Virus record (IMG/VR): IMGVR_UViG_3300023214_000354
Coordinates: 1-27,074 of that record
Length of the DNA: 27,074 bases
Direction: 5' to 3' (one strand)
Source of the DNA: a virus
Taxonomy: Duplodnaviria; Caudoviricetes
Shown here in pieces: positions 7,954 through 16,128 of the stretch. Each line of letters begins with the position of its first letter. Position 1 is the stretch's first letter. A program made the position numbers and the translations under genes. Under the pieces are notes generated by a model that had not been told where the DNA came from, did not search any database, and saw nothing but the letters and a program-made list of their open reading frames with translations.

Positions 7954-9270
7954 TCAGTTGGCTATGGAGACCGCATTTACGGCCTCGGAGAATTCGCACT
8001 TGTGCTGGGCCTGGTAGGCCTTGGCCTTGCGATACATCTCGGTGCGCTCTGGGTCGGCCACGCAGCCGGCGGGCACTCGGATATTGACCGGCACGTCCGG
8101 AACGTCGCCGAACGACTGTTCGCCGAACCGGATCGCCTCTGGCAGCGATTCCAGGAACTCGCGGAACAGCTTGGCTGGTGATGCATTACGCGTCTGCTCG
8201 CCCTCGGCAAACTCGATCTGCTCGTCGGGCAGGCTCAGCAGTACCTCGACCAGGCCGGGTTGCTGGCGCGGCAGAATCCGGCCCTTTTCGGCCAGCTGCT
8301 CGGCAAATTCCACCGCGTCGGCGCGCTGGCGCTGCGCTTCGGCCTCGGCGATCGCGTCCTCGCGGGCCTTGATGCGGCGCTCGCGTTCTTCGAGTTGCTG
8401 CTTGGTCATGTCTGCCTCGCTCATTTCAGTGTCTTCGGGCGGCTCGATGGCCTCGAGCGCCTCTACAAGGGATTCGGGTGGGTTGGCGATTTCGCCGCTG
8501 GCGATGGCCTGCAGCGTCGAGGCCGAGCGCTCGACGTCGCCGGGCATATCGTCCAAAGCGTCGCTGATGTCCTCGGTCGACATACCGGCGTCGCGCAACG
8601 CGCGGATGCGGCGGCGCGCACGGCCGCCGGTGTTTTCGCCGGCCGTGCCCTTACCCCCGTCGTCTTCGGCAAACGGTACGTCGCTCGTTGGCTCTCTCAC
8701 GAGGCGGTCGATGGATTCAATCTCGAAATCGGGCAGCGCGTTGTCGGCGGCTTCCTTGCCGAACTGCTCGAGCATCAGGTCGCGGATGCCGCGGAACATC
8801 GACTTGAGGGATTCCACAAGGCCGGCGGTGTCGAGCTCGTTGAACTCGATCTCGACGGGGCTGTCGCCGTCGGCGAACTGGGCCTCGGGCAGGCCCTTTA
8901 TGGCAGGCGGTTTCGCGCCCAAGAAACCAATGTGTCGCGGATACCACACGCCCGGCTTCGGGTTGCGCGGGTCGGACGGCGCATAAAGCGCGATCGAGTG
9001 CTTTTTGAACGCGCCGCTGCGGCGCATTTCGGCGAAATCGGGGTTGACCTGGTCGGGCTCGAGCTTGAGCTCGCCACCGTCGAATCGGATGCGTTTGATC
9101 CATCCGTACGCAGGCGAGTCGTGCTTCGGGTGCCCGATGACCACGGGCGCCTCGTGCAGCTCGGGGGAGTAGGCCTCGGCGGTGGCCTTTAGATCGGCGG
9201 CCGTGAACTCGCGGCGCGTCCCGGACGAGTCCAGGAACCGGCCCGGCTTGAGTGCGATGATCGGCGACAT
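7954..9270 (-). CDS. Prohead protease/scaffold (Mu gpI/Z-like) with internal HTH-like insertion
   Basis: EAPVVIGHPKHDSPAYGW...NPKPGVWYPRHIGFLGAKPPAIKGL protease signature; coiled-coil scaffold C-terminus; possible internal start at 8409 (GAGG, MTKQQLEER). Confidence 0.92.
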   Translation of the reverse strand: MSPIIALKPGRFLDSSGTRREFTAADLKATAEAYSPELHEAPVVIGHPKHDSPAYGWIKRIRFDGGELKLEPDQVNPDFAEMRRSGAFKKHSIALYAPSDPRNPKPGVWYPRHIGFLGAKPPAIKGLPEAQFADGDSPVEIEFNELDTAGLVESLKSMFRGIRDLMLEQFGKEAADNALPDFEIESIDRLVREPTSDVPFAEDDGGKGTAGENTGGRARRRIRALRDAGMSTEDISDALDDMPGDVERSASTLQAIASGEIANPPESLVEALEAIEPPEDTEMSEADMTKQQLEERERRIKAREDAIAEAEAQRQRADAVEFAEQLAEKGRILPRQQPGLVEVLLSLPDEQIEFAEGEQTRNASPAKLFREFLESLPEAIRFGEQSFGDVPDVPVNIRVPAGCVADPERTEMYRKAKAYQAQHKCEFSEAVNAVSIAN

Positions 9271-9276
9271 GGGCAG

Positions 9277-9323
9277 ATCATCGAGCGCCGGCGTGTCTGA
9301 AGGTATGCGAACGCGTTCGCAGG
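9277..9323 (-). promoter_or_regulatory. Late promoter for the protease operon: palindrome TGCGAACGCGTTCGCA plus -10-like GATGAT
   Basis: Perfect 16-bp palindrome at 9306-9321, identical to 17898-17913; 23 nt to GATGAT (9282-9277). Confidence 0.7.
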
Positions 9324-9582
9324 AATTGCCAGTCGCAGCAGCTGGAAGGATGTCACCGGCCGACGGCCGGCGTGATCAGGCTACATTACTCAGGCCAGGT
9401 CATTGACCTCGTCGCGCAGCGATTCTGCCCGATCGCGACTTGATCGGCAAGCGGGTAACCTAGATCGCCTTGCAAAGGCGTTGCACTCCGTTGCAAAAGG
9501 GGGTTCAAGGGAAAATCCATGCGGACGGGCAGGCGGGGCAGGAAAATCGCTCTACGGCGGTCTGAGGCGGTCCGTCTGCCAG

Positions 9583-10020
9583 TCAGAAAATGGCGTTGTC
9601 GAGATGCTCTCGCGCGAGCCGCAGGATTTCGCCCTTGTCGTCTTCGGACAGGCCGAGGAACGGCCGGGCCGGGATGCCGCGTTCGGGATCGCCGAACTGG
9701 TGGGTGGCCGCGTAGATCAGCGCGGAACCGAATTCGAGGCCCTGGCTGTCGGTTTCAGCCGCGAGTGTGTCGCGCAGGAAGGCGTCGAGCACCAGGATTT
9801 CGTCCTGGCGTCGTTTCTTGCGGCGCTGGTAGGCCGGGTCGAGTGGCTCCCAAGGCGTGCCGTCGGGCGCGGTGACCGTGTCGAAGCGGAAACGCGTGGC
9901 CAGCTGCAGGTATTCGCCGACGTCGTCCCACAGCGGTTTGGTGTCGCGGCCTGCAGCCTGGATGCGTTCGAACGCCGCCAGGATCGGGCGTTCGTCGAGT
10001 TCGATCCGGACCGAGGCCAC
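9583..10020 (-). CDS. Virion morphogenesis protein (Mu gpG-like)
   Basis: TRFRFDTVTAPDGTPWEPL...YAATHQFG...IPARPFLGLSEDD. Confidence 0.92.
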   Translation of the reverse strand: MASVRIELDERPILAAFERIQAAGRDTKPLWDDVGEYLQLATRFRFDTVTAPDGTPWEPLDPAYQRRKKRRQDEILVLDAFLRDTLAAETDSQGLEFGSALIYAATHQFGDPERGIPARPFLGLSEDDKGEILRLAREHLDNAIF

Positions 10021-10023
10021 TGC

Positions 10024-10332
10024 TCAGAATACGGCGCCGGCGGGCAGCGTATCGGGGTCGACGTCGGGTGTGGCGGGATAGTCGTCGGCAAGCTCGTCGG
10101 GAATCTGCCAGGCCTCGCCGAGCACGGCGGCCATTTCGCGACGCTCGTGCAGCGGATCGGATACCGGGAAGCTCCCGGGGTACGGATGCGTGGCGGCGAA
10201 GCCGGCGGTGACAGCGTCGTCGATGCGCGCCTGGACGCGCTCGGCCATCGGTCCGCTCAAGGCACCCGAGCCCGGATCCCACTGGACCCAGCCTTCTCGT
10301 TCGCCTTTGAAATTCTCGAGCGTCAGCCTCAT
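10024..10332 (-). CDS. Small acidic protein, candidate immunity partner of extended MuF
   Basis: ATGA overlap with the MuF stop; 102 aa, Asp/Glu/Pro-rich; inserted between F and G. Confidence 0.75.
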   Translation of the reverse strand: MRLTLENFKGEREGWVQWDPGSGALSGPMAERVQARIDDAVTAGFAATHPYPGSFPVSDPLHERREMAAVLGEAWQIPDELADDYPATPDVDPDTLPAGAVF

Positions 10333-11810
10333 GGCTTGAACCGCAGCAATAACCCAATCGTAGTATACAGCAGCTCCCGATCCCGGTCGAGCAGGTCCTG
10401 GGTAAGCCCGATCCTGTCGCCCAGGACGTGGTCGAGTGCCATCGCCATCACTTCCAGGGCGCCGCGTTCTCCGTAGTCCTTCCCGAAGTAGGGATTGACG
10501 TACTCATCCGGTCGCGCGCGCTCGCTGGCCCGGTAGCGGTGGAGCGGTTGCAACACCCTGAGACGCTGCAACGCCTCGCCCCGGGTACGGCTGTCGTGCA
10601 GGCGCTGGAAGACTGCGTTGAGCTCGGGCATGGCTTCCTGGATTCGATGCCCGAATTCGTGCACGGCCACATGGGTGTCGCCGACGACCATGTAGCCGTC
10701 GCCGCGGCGCAGATTAACGACGCCGAACTGCGGCAGCCGCGCCCGCCGTGGTCCGGCGGTGTGTGAATACGCCCAACCGCGGTTCTGTGATTTGCGTGCG
10801 CGCAGCGGGCCGAACGAATCAGCCGCCTCGATCCAGGTGGCCGGATAGCGCGCCGATGCATCGCGAACGAGCGCGGTGGCCTGCGCGCTGCCGCGCACCC
10901 GGGCCGGCCGCTGGCCGCTGACGGCCTCGCGCAGCTCGCGCCTGAGCTCAACGGCCGAGACCGCCTCGCCGCCGAATCGCTCCTGGATCCAGTCGCGGCC
11001 GGCCTGCTCGTAGAAGACCGGGTCGGTCGGCCTGGCCTGCTCGACATGCGCGGCCAGATCGTCGGCCAGCTGACCGCCTGCGGCCTCGGCACGCTCGAGC
11101 GCCCGGGCACGCGCGGTCGAGAGCTTGGTGCCGCCCGGGCGGTGCGCAAAGCCCGGGTCGATACCCTGCGGCACGTCGACCGTGCGCGGGCTCGGGCCGC
11201 GTGTGCCGACCGTGACCGTTTCGCGCGGCGGTCGCGGGCCGGGGTCCTGCACGGTCAGCCCGAGCCGGTCGGCTTCGGCCCGCGAAATCATGAACTTCTT
11301 GCACGAACAGCCCCAGCCGTTCATCGGCGTCCACTCATCCCAGAACGGGTCGTCGAGTGGCACCGCTGTGCCGTCGAGTGCCAGGTGTTCCGGACGGGGC
11401 TCGTCGCTGCCGCCGTGCCGATACAGCCCGAACGGGCGGCGCCGGCGCAGGTCCGGGTCGGCCATCTGCGCCTCGCGACCGGCGTGGTAGCTCTGGCGCA
11501 GGTTGGTCTCGTAGATGACGCGAGTGCGCCAGTTGCGCCCGCCGTTGAACGCCCAGCCGGTGCGCGCGACGATGTCGTCGAAGTCCTTGCGGAAGTCCTC
11601 GAGCGTGCGCCCCTCGCTGATGGCCCGGTCGATCGCGCCGCGCAGATCGCCGAGCAGGTCGGCCTTGGCCGCGCCGGCGACCATGAACGCGGTGTCATGC
11701 TCGTGGCCGAAGATGTCGGTCCAGGCCGCGGTCGGCACGCTGACCTTGTTCCGGAAGAACTCGATCTGCTGCTTGAACGGGCGCCGGCCCTGGGGCACCG
11801 AAGTGGGCAT
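10329..11810 (-). CDS. MuF (gp30) head morphogenesis protein with C-terminal HExxH metallopeptidase-like extension
   Basis: AFMVAGAAKADLL...NWRTRVIYETNLRQSYHAGR...PRPEH...PMNGWGCSC...GIDPGF in the first ~225 aa; AVHEFGHRIQE (H384-H388) and ALEVMAM later. Confidence 0.9.
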   Translation of the reverse strand: MPTSVPQGRRPFKQQIEFFRNKVSVPTAAWTDIFGHEHDTAFMVAGAAKADLLGDLRGAIDRAISEGRTLEDFRKDFDDIVARTGWAFNGGRNWRTRVIYETNLRQSYHAGREAQMADPDLRRRRPFGLYRHGGSDEPRPEHLALDGTAVPLDDPFWDEWTPMNGWGCSCKKFMISRAEADRLGLTVQDPGPRPPRETVTVGTRGPSPRTVDVPQGIDPGFAHRPGGTKLSTARARALERAEAAGGQLADDLAAHVEQARPTDPVFYEQAGRDWIQERFGGEAVSAVELRRELREAVSGQRPARVRGSAQATALVRDASARYPATWIEAADSFGPLRARKSQNRGWAYSHTAGPRRARLPQFGVVNLRRGDGYMVVGDTHVAVHEFGHRIQEAMPELNAVFQRLHDSRTRGEALQRLRVLQPLHRYRASERARPDEYVNPYFGKDYGERGALEVMAMALDHVLGDRIGLTQDLLDRDRELLYTTIGLLLRFKP

Positions 11811-13264
11811 CAGAAACCCTCGAGGATGTCGTACCTGCCGGCCAGGTGGGCGGCCGCCATCGCGTCGCCGAGCACGTTGGCGAAGGCCTTCGGCGGCAAG
11901 TCCGGAAACAACCGCTCCAGTCGTGCCTTGAGATCCTCGAACGACTCAGCCTGCGCGACCTGCTCGCGGATCTGTTCGACCCAGCGCTCAACCTCGGAAT
12001 CGCCGGTCTGCTGCAGCCGCTGCAGCTGCCCGGTTGTACCGTCGGAACGAAGCGGCGCGAGATCCGACTCGGCGAACTCGCCGCCACCACCGGCGAACGA
12101 AAGATCGACCTCCCACTCTCCGCCGTAAGTGCTTGTGATGTAGTTGAGCGAGGGCCGGAATCCCATGCGGGAAATGCGCTGGTCGCGGAGCGCCTGATTG
12201 ACCAGATCGGCCGGCTCTTCGACCTTGCGCCAGACCTTCGGCGGCCGCGCGCCGGGGAAGTTCCACTCGGTCAGCCAGCACGCCGGGCCCTTATTGAAAC
12301 TCTCGCAGACCAGGTCGGCATCTGCCTTGACCAGATCGAGCCGTACGTCGGCCTGCAGGTCGTCGTTGCCCAGCCGGCCGGGTGTGCCCTGGGTGCTTGC
12401 GACCTGGCCAAGGATTACCTTGGCCATCGTCGCGTCCATCGTGTCGTGCAGCGCCTTGTAGTCCGCAGTGCCCGAACGCGCGGCTTCGAGCAGGTCAACC
12501 TGCATCGATTTTGGAATGGCGATCCCCGAGTCGGTCTGGATCGCCTCCAGCGCGGCCAGCAACTTCTGCCGGTCTGAGTCGAGCGTGCCGGCGTCGAACT
12601 TGCCGACCGCCGTGGGCATGCCGAACTTTTCTAAAAAAACTAACCAAAACTTGATCGTATTGCGCTTGAACAGCACCGGCCAGTACAGCCAGTGCGCAAT
12701 GCCGAGACCATACGGTTCGTCGTCGTGGTCGGCGCCGGTGGCGAAGTGCCAGAAGTATGGCGCCGGCGCCTCGATGCCTGCCAGCATCGCGTTCATTGTC
12801 AGCAGGCGCAGCTCGCCCTGCGGCGTGAAGCGGAAGCGCCGCCGGTCGCGCACCTTGATCGCGTCGATGCCGATGCGCTGTCCGTCGCGTCGGTAGATGA
12901 TTTCGGCAACCGCATATCCGTAGAACACGCCGGCCAGCATCTTGTCGGTCACATTGTCCCAACCCACGCGGTCGAGTTGTTCGGCGAGCCAGCCGGCCGC
13001 GGCCTTGTCCTGCGCGCTGTCGCCGCCGGGCAGCACTTCCCATTCGCGACTGGTGACGGCGAGTCTGCGCTGCTGCCAGCAGCTGCCGACCTGCGGGTCG
13101 GTCAGGATCTGCTCGTAGATGCGCACGTCGCCACCGCCGCGCAGCGCCAGCACCGGATCCGAGGGCTGAAGTATCGGGCCGGAGAATCCACGCGTGATGT
13201 CGCGTCCATCGCCGGTGGTGGCGATCTCGCCGGAGAATTTCGGTTTCGGTGCGCTTGTGGCCAT
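11810..13264 (-). CDS. Portal protein (Mu gp29/DUF935)
   Basis: VFYGYAVAEI, PYGLG..HWLYWPVLFKR, FLEKFGMPTAVGK, KVILGQ, AAHLAGRYDI. Confidence 0.93.
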   Translation of the reverse strand: MATSAPKPKFSGEIATTGDGRDITRGFSGPILQPSDPVLALRGGGDVRIYEQILTDPQVGSCWQQRRLAVTSREWEVLPGGDSAQDKAAAGWLAEQLDRVGWDNVTDKMLAGVFYGYAVAEIIYRRDGQRIGIDAIKVRDRRRFRFTPQGELRLLTMNAMLAGIEAPAPYFWHFATGADHDDEPYGLGIAHWLYWPVLFKRNTIKFWLVFLEKFGMPTAVGKFDAGTLDSDRQKLLAALEAIQTDSGIAIPKSMQVDLLEAARSGTADYKALHDTMDATMAKVILGQVASTQGTPGRLGNDDLQADVRLDLVKADADLVCESFNKGPACWLTEWNFPGARPPKVWRKVEEPADLVNQALRDQRISRMGFRPSLNYITSTYGGEWEVDLSFAGGGGEFAESDLAPLRSDGTTGQLQRLQQTGDSEVERWVEQIREQVAQAESFEDLKARLERLFPDLPPKAFANVLGDAMAAAHLAGRYDILEGF

Positions 13265-13276
13265 TGGGTGCTCCTG

Positions 13277-14842
13277 TCAGTAGTCGCCGTGCCCGCGAAC
13301 GGTGCCCCAGCCGACGCCGGTGGCCGGGCGCGGCCGGTGGTCGGCAAACGACGCGCGGCGGCCGGCGGATGCGTAGTCGATGTCCATCGCCTCGGCGCGG
13401 CTGGCGTAGTAACTGAGCAGCAACGCGATGCCAGCGTCGCCGTGGCGCTGGCCGCCGGCCTTGCCGGGCCGGCGCTTGTCGGGCAGTCGCGCCACGCCGC
13501 GGATCATTTCAAACGCGCGGACGTCTTCGAGCACATCGGCGTCGCGCGGGTATTCGATGGTCCCGTCCTCGTGTGCCGCCTTGAAAGGCGCGGTGTGCTC
13601 GCGGTACCAGGTCTCGGAAAACATCACCTGTTCCACGCGAGCCTCGCCGTAGCGCTGCATCGCGACCTCGGCCAGGTAGTGACCGTTGCCGCGCGCATCA
13701 AGAGCCGCCTTGCTGAATCGTGGCAACGCGTCGCAGATATAGAACAGCGCCTGGCGCTGTTGCTCGAACGGACAGCTGCGCAACTCGACCAGAAACGGGT
13801 GACGGACGGTGAGGTCCTGGCCGATCTGATGTGGCGCGAACACGGTCAGGTCGCCGGTGCGTCCGAAGTCCTCGCCGAGACCTGAGCGCAGCCTGACGTC
13901 GAAGTCCTCGAGTAGCGGGCCGACGTGTTCTTCGAGCCACTGTTGCATTTCAGCTTCGCGCTGCTCTTTCGGCCAGGTGGTGAAGTCATCGGCGGGCGGA
14001 CTCCAGCGCAGCACCGGGGCGTCAATCATTCGCGCCTCGATGATGTTGCGCGTCAGCCAGGTGCCGCCGGATCTGCGCGGGATGCAGAACAGTTCCTCGT
14101 CGGCGGCGTCTCCGTAGTCGTCGACTATGGCCTGGCGCCATTGCCGCTCGCCGTCGATCGTCCACTGCTCGCCCTTGACCAGGCAGATGCGGCGGTATAA
14201 CCCCTGCTCGAGCGCGTCGTCGAACGTCGTGCGCAGCAGCGCGTACTTGCGCTTGCCGGCACGGATGTCTTCGACCAGCTCGTTGAACGGGTTGTCGACG
14301 CCGTCGTGCGTCGAGATCAGCAGCACTTTTCCGCCCCAGATCAACAACGCGAACGCCGCTTTGAGCAGTTCGGCCAGATCGTCGTGGAATGCGGCCTCGT
14401 CGACGATCACGTAGCCTTGCCGGCCTCTGAGCGATCGCGGCCGGCTGGCCAGTGCGACAATCTCAAAGCCGCTTGCAAAGTTGATTCGGAACGCCTGGAT
14501 GTCCTTGTCGCCGTCGGGCGTCTTGTCGCGGAACAGAAACTCTTCGACCTCGGATGACGCTTTGCCGAAAGCCTTGGCCCACATGCCGCAGCAGTCGACA
14601 AACTCGCGCGCCATGTCGAGGTTGTACCCGATATATAGCGTATCCATGCCCCCGGCGGCGCGCTGCGCGCCGGAGGTCAGTACGGCGTCGGCGCCGATGC
14701 CCCAGGTCGCGCCGATGCGGCGTGACTTCTCCCACACGGTGACCGAGTTCGCCGCGGTGGTTTCCAGCCCGCGCTTCTGGTACGGCAGCAGTATGTCGTG
14801 CTGGTCGAGATCGGGCAGTTCGGTTGCGGCTGTCGTGCTCAT
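13277..14842 (-). CDS. Terminase large subunit (Mu gp28-like)
   Basis: LLPYQ, EKSRRIGATW, IVDEAAFHDDL, ISTHDGVDNPFN, GEDFGRTGDL, RHGDAGIA. Confidence 0.95.
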   Translation of the reverse strand: MSTTAATELPDLDQHDILLPYQKRGLETTAANSVTVWEKSRRIGATWGIGADAVLTSGAQRAAGGMDTLYIGYNLDMAREFVDCCGMWAKAFGKASSEVEEFLFRDKTPDGDKDIQAFRINFASGFEIVALASRPRSLRGRQGYVIVDEAAFHDDLAELLKAAFALLIWGGKVLLISTHDGVDNPFNELVEDIRAGKRKYALLRTTFDDALEQGLYRRICLVKGEQWTIDGERQWRQAIVDDYGDAADEELFCIPRRSGGTWLTRNIIEARMIDAPVLRWSPPADDFTTWPKEQREAEMQQWLEEHVGPLLEDFDVRLRSGLGEDFGRTGDLTVFAPHQIGQDLTVRHPFLVELRSCPFEQQRQALFYICDALPRFSKAALDARGNGHYLAEVAMQRYGEARVEQVMFSETWYREHTAPFKAAHEDGTIEYPRDADVLEDVRAFEMIRGVARLPDKRRPGKAGGQRHGDAGIALLLSYYASRAEAMDIDYASAGRRASFADHRPRPATGVGWGTVRGHGDY

Positions 14843-15369
14843 GCCAGGCCGAGGATCTCGCGCTTGATCGCGCTGACTGTGTCTCTGGTCATGCCCGCAG
14901 CAGTGGCCTGTTTTTCGACGGCGTCGGCGGCCTCCTTGGCAAACTCCCTGCGGATCCGGATCTCGCGCTCGGCCGAGAGCTTGTCGGCCTGGGCGAGCTC
15001 CTTGATGCTCCTGGCGATGAACATCAGCTCGCCGGCGCTGGCGCCGTCCTCGGACTCGTCGAAGTTGGAGATCGTCTGAAAAGCCACGGTGCGCAGCATT
15101 TCCGACAGCAGTCGGCCGACGTCGCTGGCCGGCTCGTGCTCGAGCTTGCCGACCCAGACCTTGGCGACTTCCTGCGCCTGACGGTACTTTTCCATCTGTT
15201 GCCGGGCGTTCTTGACGTAGCGCCCGACCGCCGAGCGGCTGGCCTCGCCGCCCAGGTCGTCGACCAGCGCGACGATCTGGTCAATCGTGGCCCGATCCTC
15301 GCGCACGGCCTTGTCGACCGCCTCGCGGATTTGCGGGTCGAGCTGTGTGATGGACGATTTACGGCCCAC
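14839..15369 (-). CDS. Terminase small subunit (Mu gp27/DUF3486)
   Basis: GGAG SD, GTG 15369; GRKSSITQL...SRSAVGRY...IKREILGL; ATGA-coupled to the large subunit. Confidence 0.88.
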   Translation of the reverse strand: MGRKSSITQLDPQIREAVDKAVREDRATIDQIVALVDDLGGEASRSAVGRYVKNARQQMEKYRQAQEVAKVWVGKLEHEPASDVGRLLSEMLRTVAFQTISNFDESEDGASAGELMFIARSIKELAQADKLSAEREIRIRREFAKEAADAVEKQATAAGMTRDTVSAIKREILGLA

Positions 15370-15373
15370 GGCG

Positions 15374-15670
15374 CTACTCCGGCCGGGGACGCTTGACCCC
15401 CGGGATTCGGGCACGGCCGGTCGCGGCGTCCTGTCCGCGGCTGGTCAGGTGCGCGATCGCCACGCCGCCGGTGACCTCGATACGCACCAGGCCCTGTTCG
15501 GCGAGCCAGTCGAGCTCGGTGCGCACGGTGTCCTCGCTGCACGCGTGGCCGAGGCCCGGCAGTGCTGCGTGCAGCAGGTACTGGTTAGCTGAATAGTCGT
15601 CGGACTGCTCGAGCAACCGCAGGATCGTCAGGCGCCGGTCGGCGCGCACCAGATCAGCATAATCAGCCAC
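15374..15670 (-). CDS. Mu gp26-like winged-helix protein
   Basis: DRRLTILRLL...DTVRTELDWLAEQGLV...LTSRGQDAATG...PGVKRPRP. Confidence 0.88.
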   Translation of the reverse strand: MADYADLVRADRRLTILRLLEQSDDYSANQYLLHAALPGLGHACSEDTVRTELDWLAEQGLVRIEVTGGVAIAHLTSRGQDAATGRARIPGVKRPRPE

Positions 15671-16001
15671 GGCGGCCTCCTGCAGAGTTGAGCAGGTGCT
15701 CGTTCATCATGTCGACGAAGCGGTTGACCGTCTTCATCGAGCCGTTGAGTTCCCGCACATGACCCGACAGGTCCGACACCGTTTGGCGCAGCGTGTTAAT
15801 GTCATTATGCGAGGGCGCGGCGGCGATGTCTTTGTCGATCACGTCCATGCGTGCACTATTCGCAGCCGTCAAGCTGCGCAGCTCGTCGATCTCTGCACGA
15901 CGGGCGCGAGTGCGGTTGGCCCACCATGCGTAGATGCCCACGCTGATGCTGATGATCAGCGCGGCAAGATCCAGTAGCACTTTTGCTGCGGCCCAATCCA
16001 C
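15663..16001 (-). CDS. DUF2730-like (Mu gp25-type) membrane-anchored coiled-coil protein
   Basis: N-terminal TM segment, AAPSHNDI motif, coiled coil; position before gp26. Confidence 0.8.
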   Translation of the reverse strand: MDWAAAKVLLDLAALIISISVGIYAWWANRTRARRAEIDELRSLTAANSARMDVIDKDIAAAPSHNDINTLRQTVSDLSGHVRELNGSMKTVNRFVDMMNEHLLNSAGGRRG

Positions 16002-16002
16002 C

Positions 16003-16128
16003 TCAAAAAATCAATGCACCCAGCAGACACGCCACGCCGGCGACGATCGCAGTGTAGGTAAGCGGCCGGTCTTCGGCCTTGCGGCGGATCCAGCTTTTGG
16101 ACTGGTTTTTTAGCTGATCAATTCCCAT
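16003..16128 (-). CDS. 41-aa membrane peptide
   Basis: Hand translation MGIDQLKNQSKSWIRRKAEDRPLTYTAIVAGVACLLGALIF; GGAGG SD; fills the gap between o-spanin and DUF2730. Confidence 0.65.
   Translation of the reverse strand: MGIDQLKNQSKSWIRRKAEDRPLTYTAIVAGVACLLGALIF

Noticed and set aside
9386-9520. 44-codon minus-strand ORF (MDFPLNPLLQ...) as an anti-CRISPR gene
   Set aside because: No SD, no separate aca-like HTH gene nearby, and it overlaps dense DNA dyads; not supportable as a CDS
12640-12660. IHF site in the AT-rich portal patch
   Set aside because: GATCAAGTTTTGG mismatches WATCAANNNNTTR at the first position and in the TTR
4149-13885. Long + strand ORFs over structural genes (4149, 6086, 8021, 8260, 9403, 11046, 12692)
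   Set aside because: Each mirrors a well-supported minus-strand gene; typical high-GC artefact
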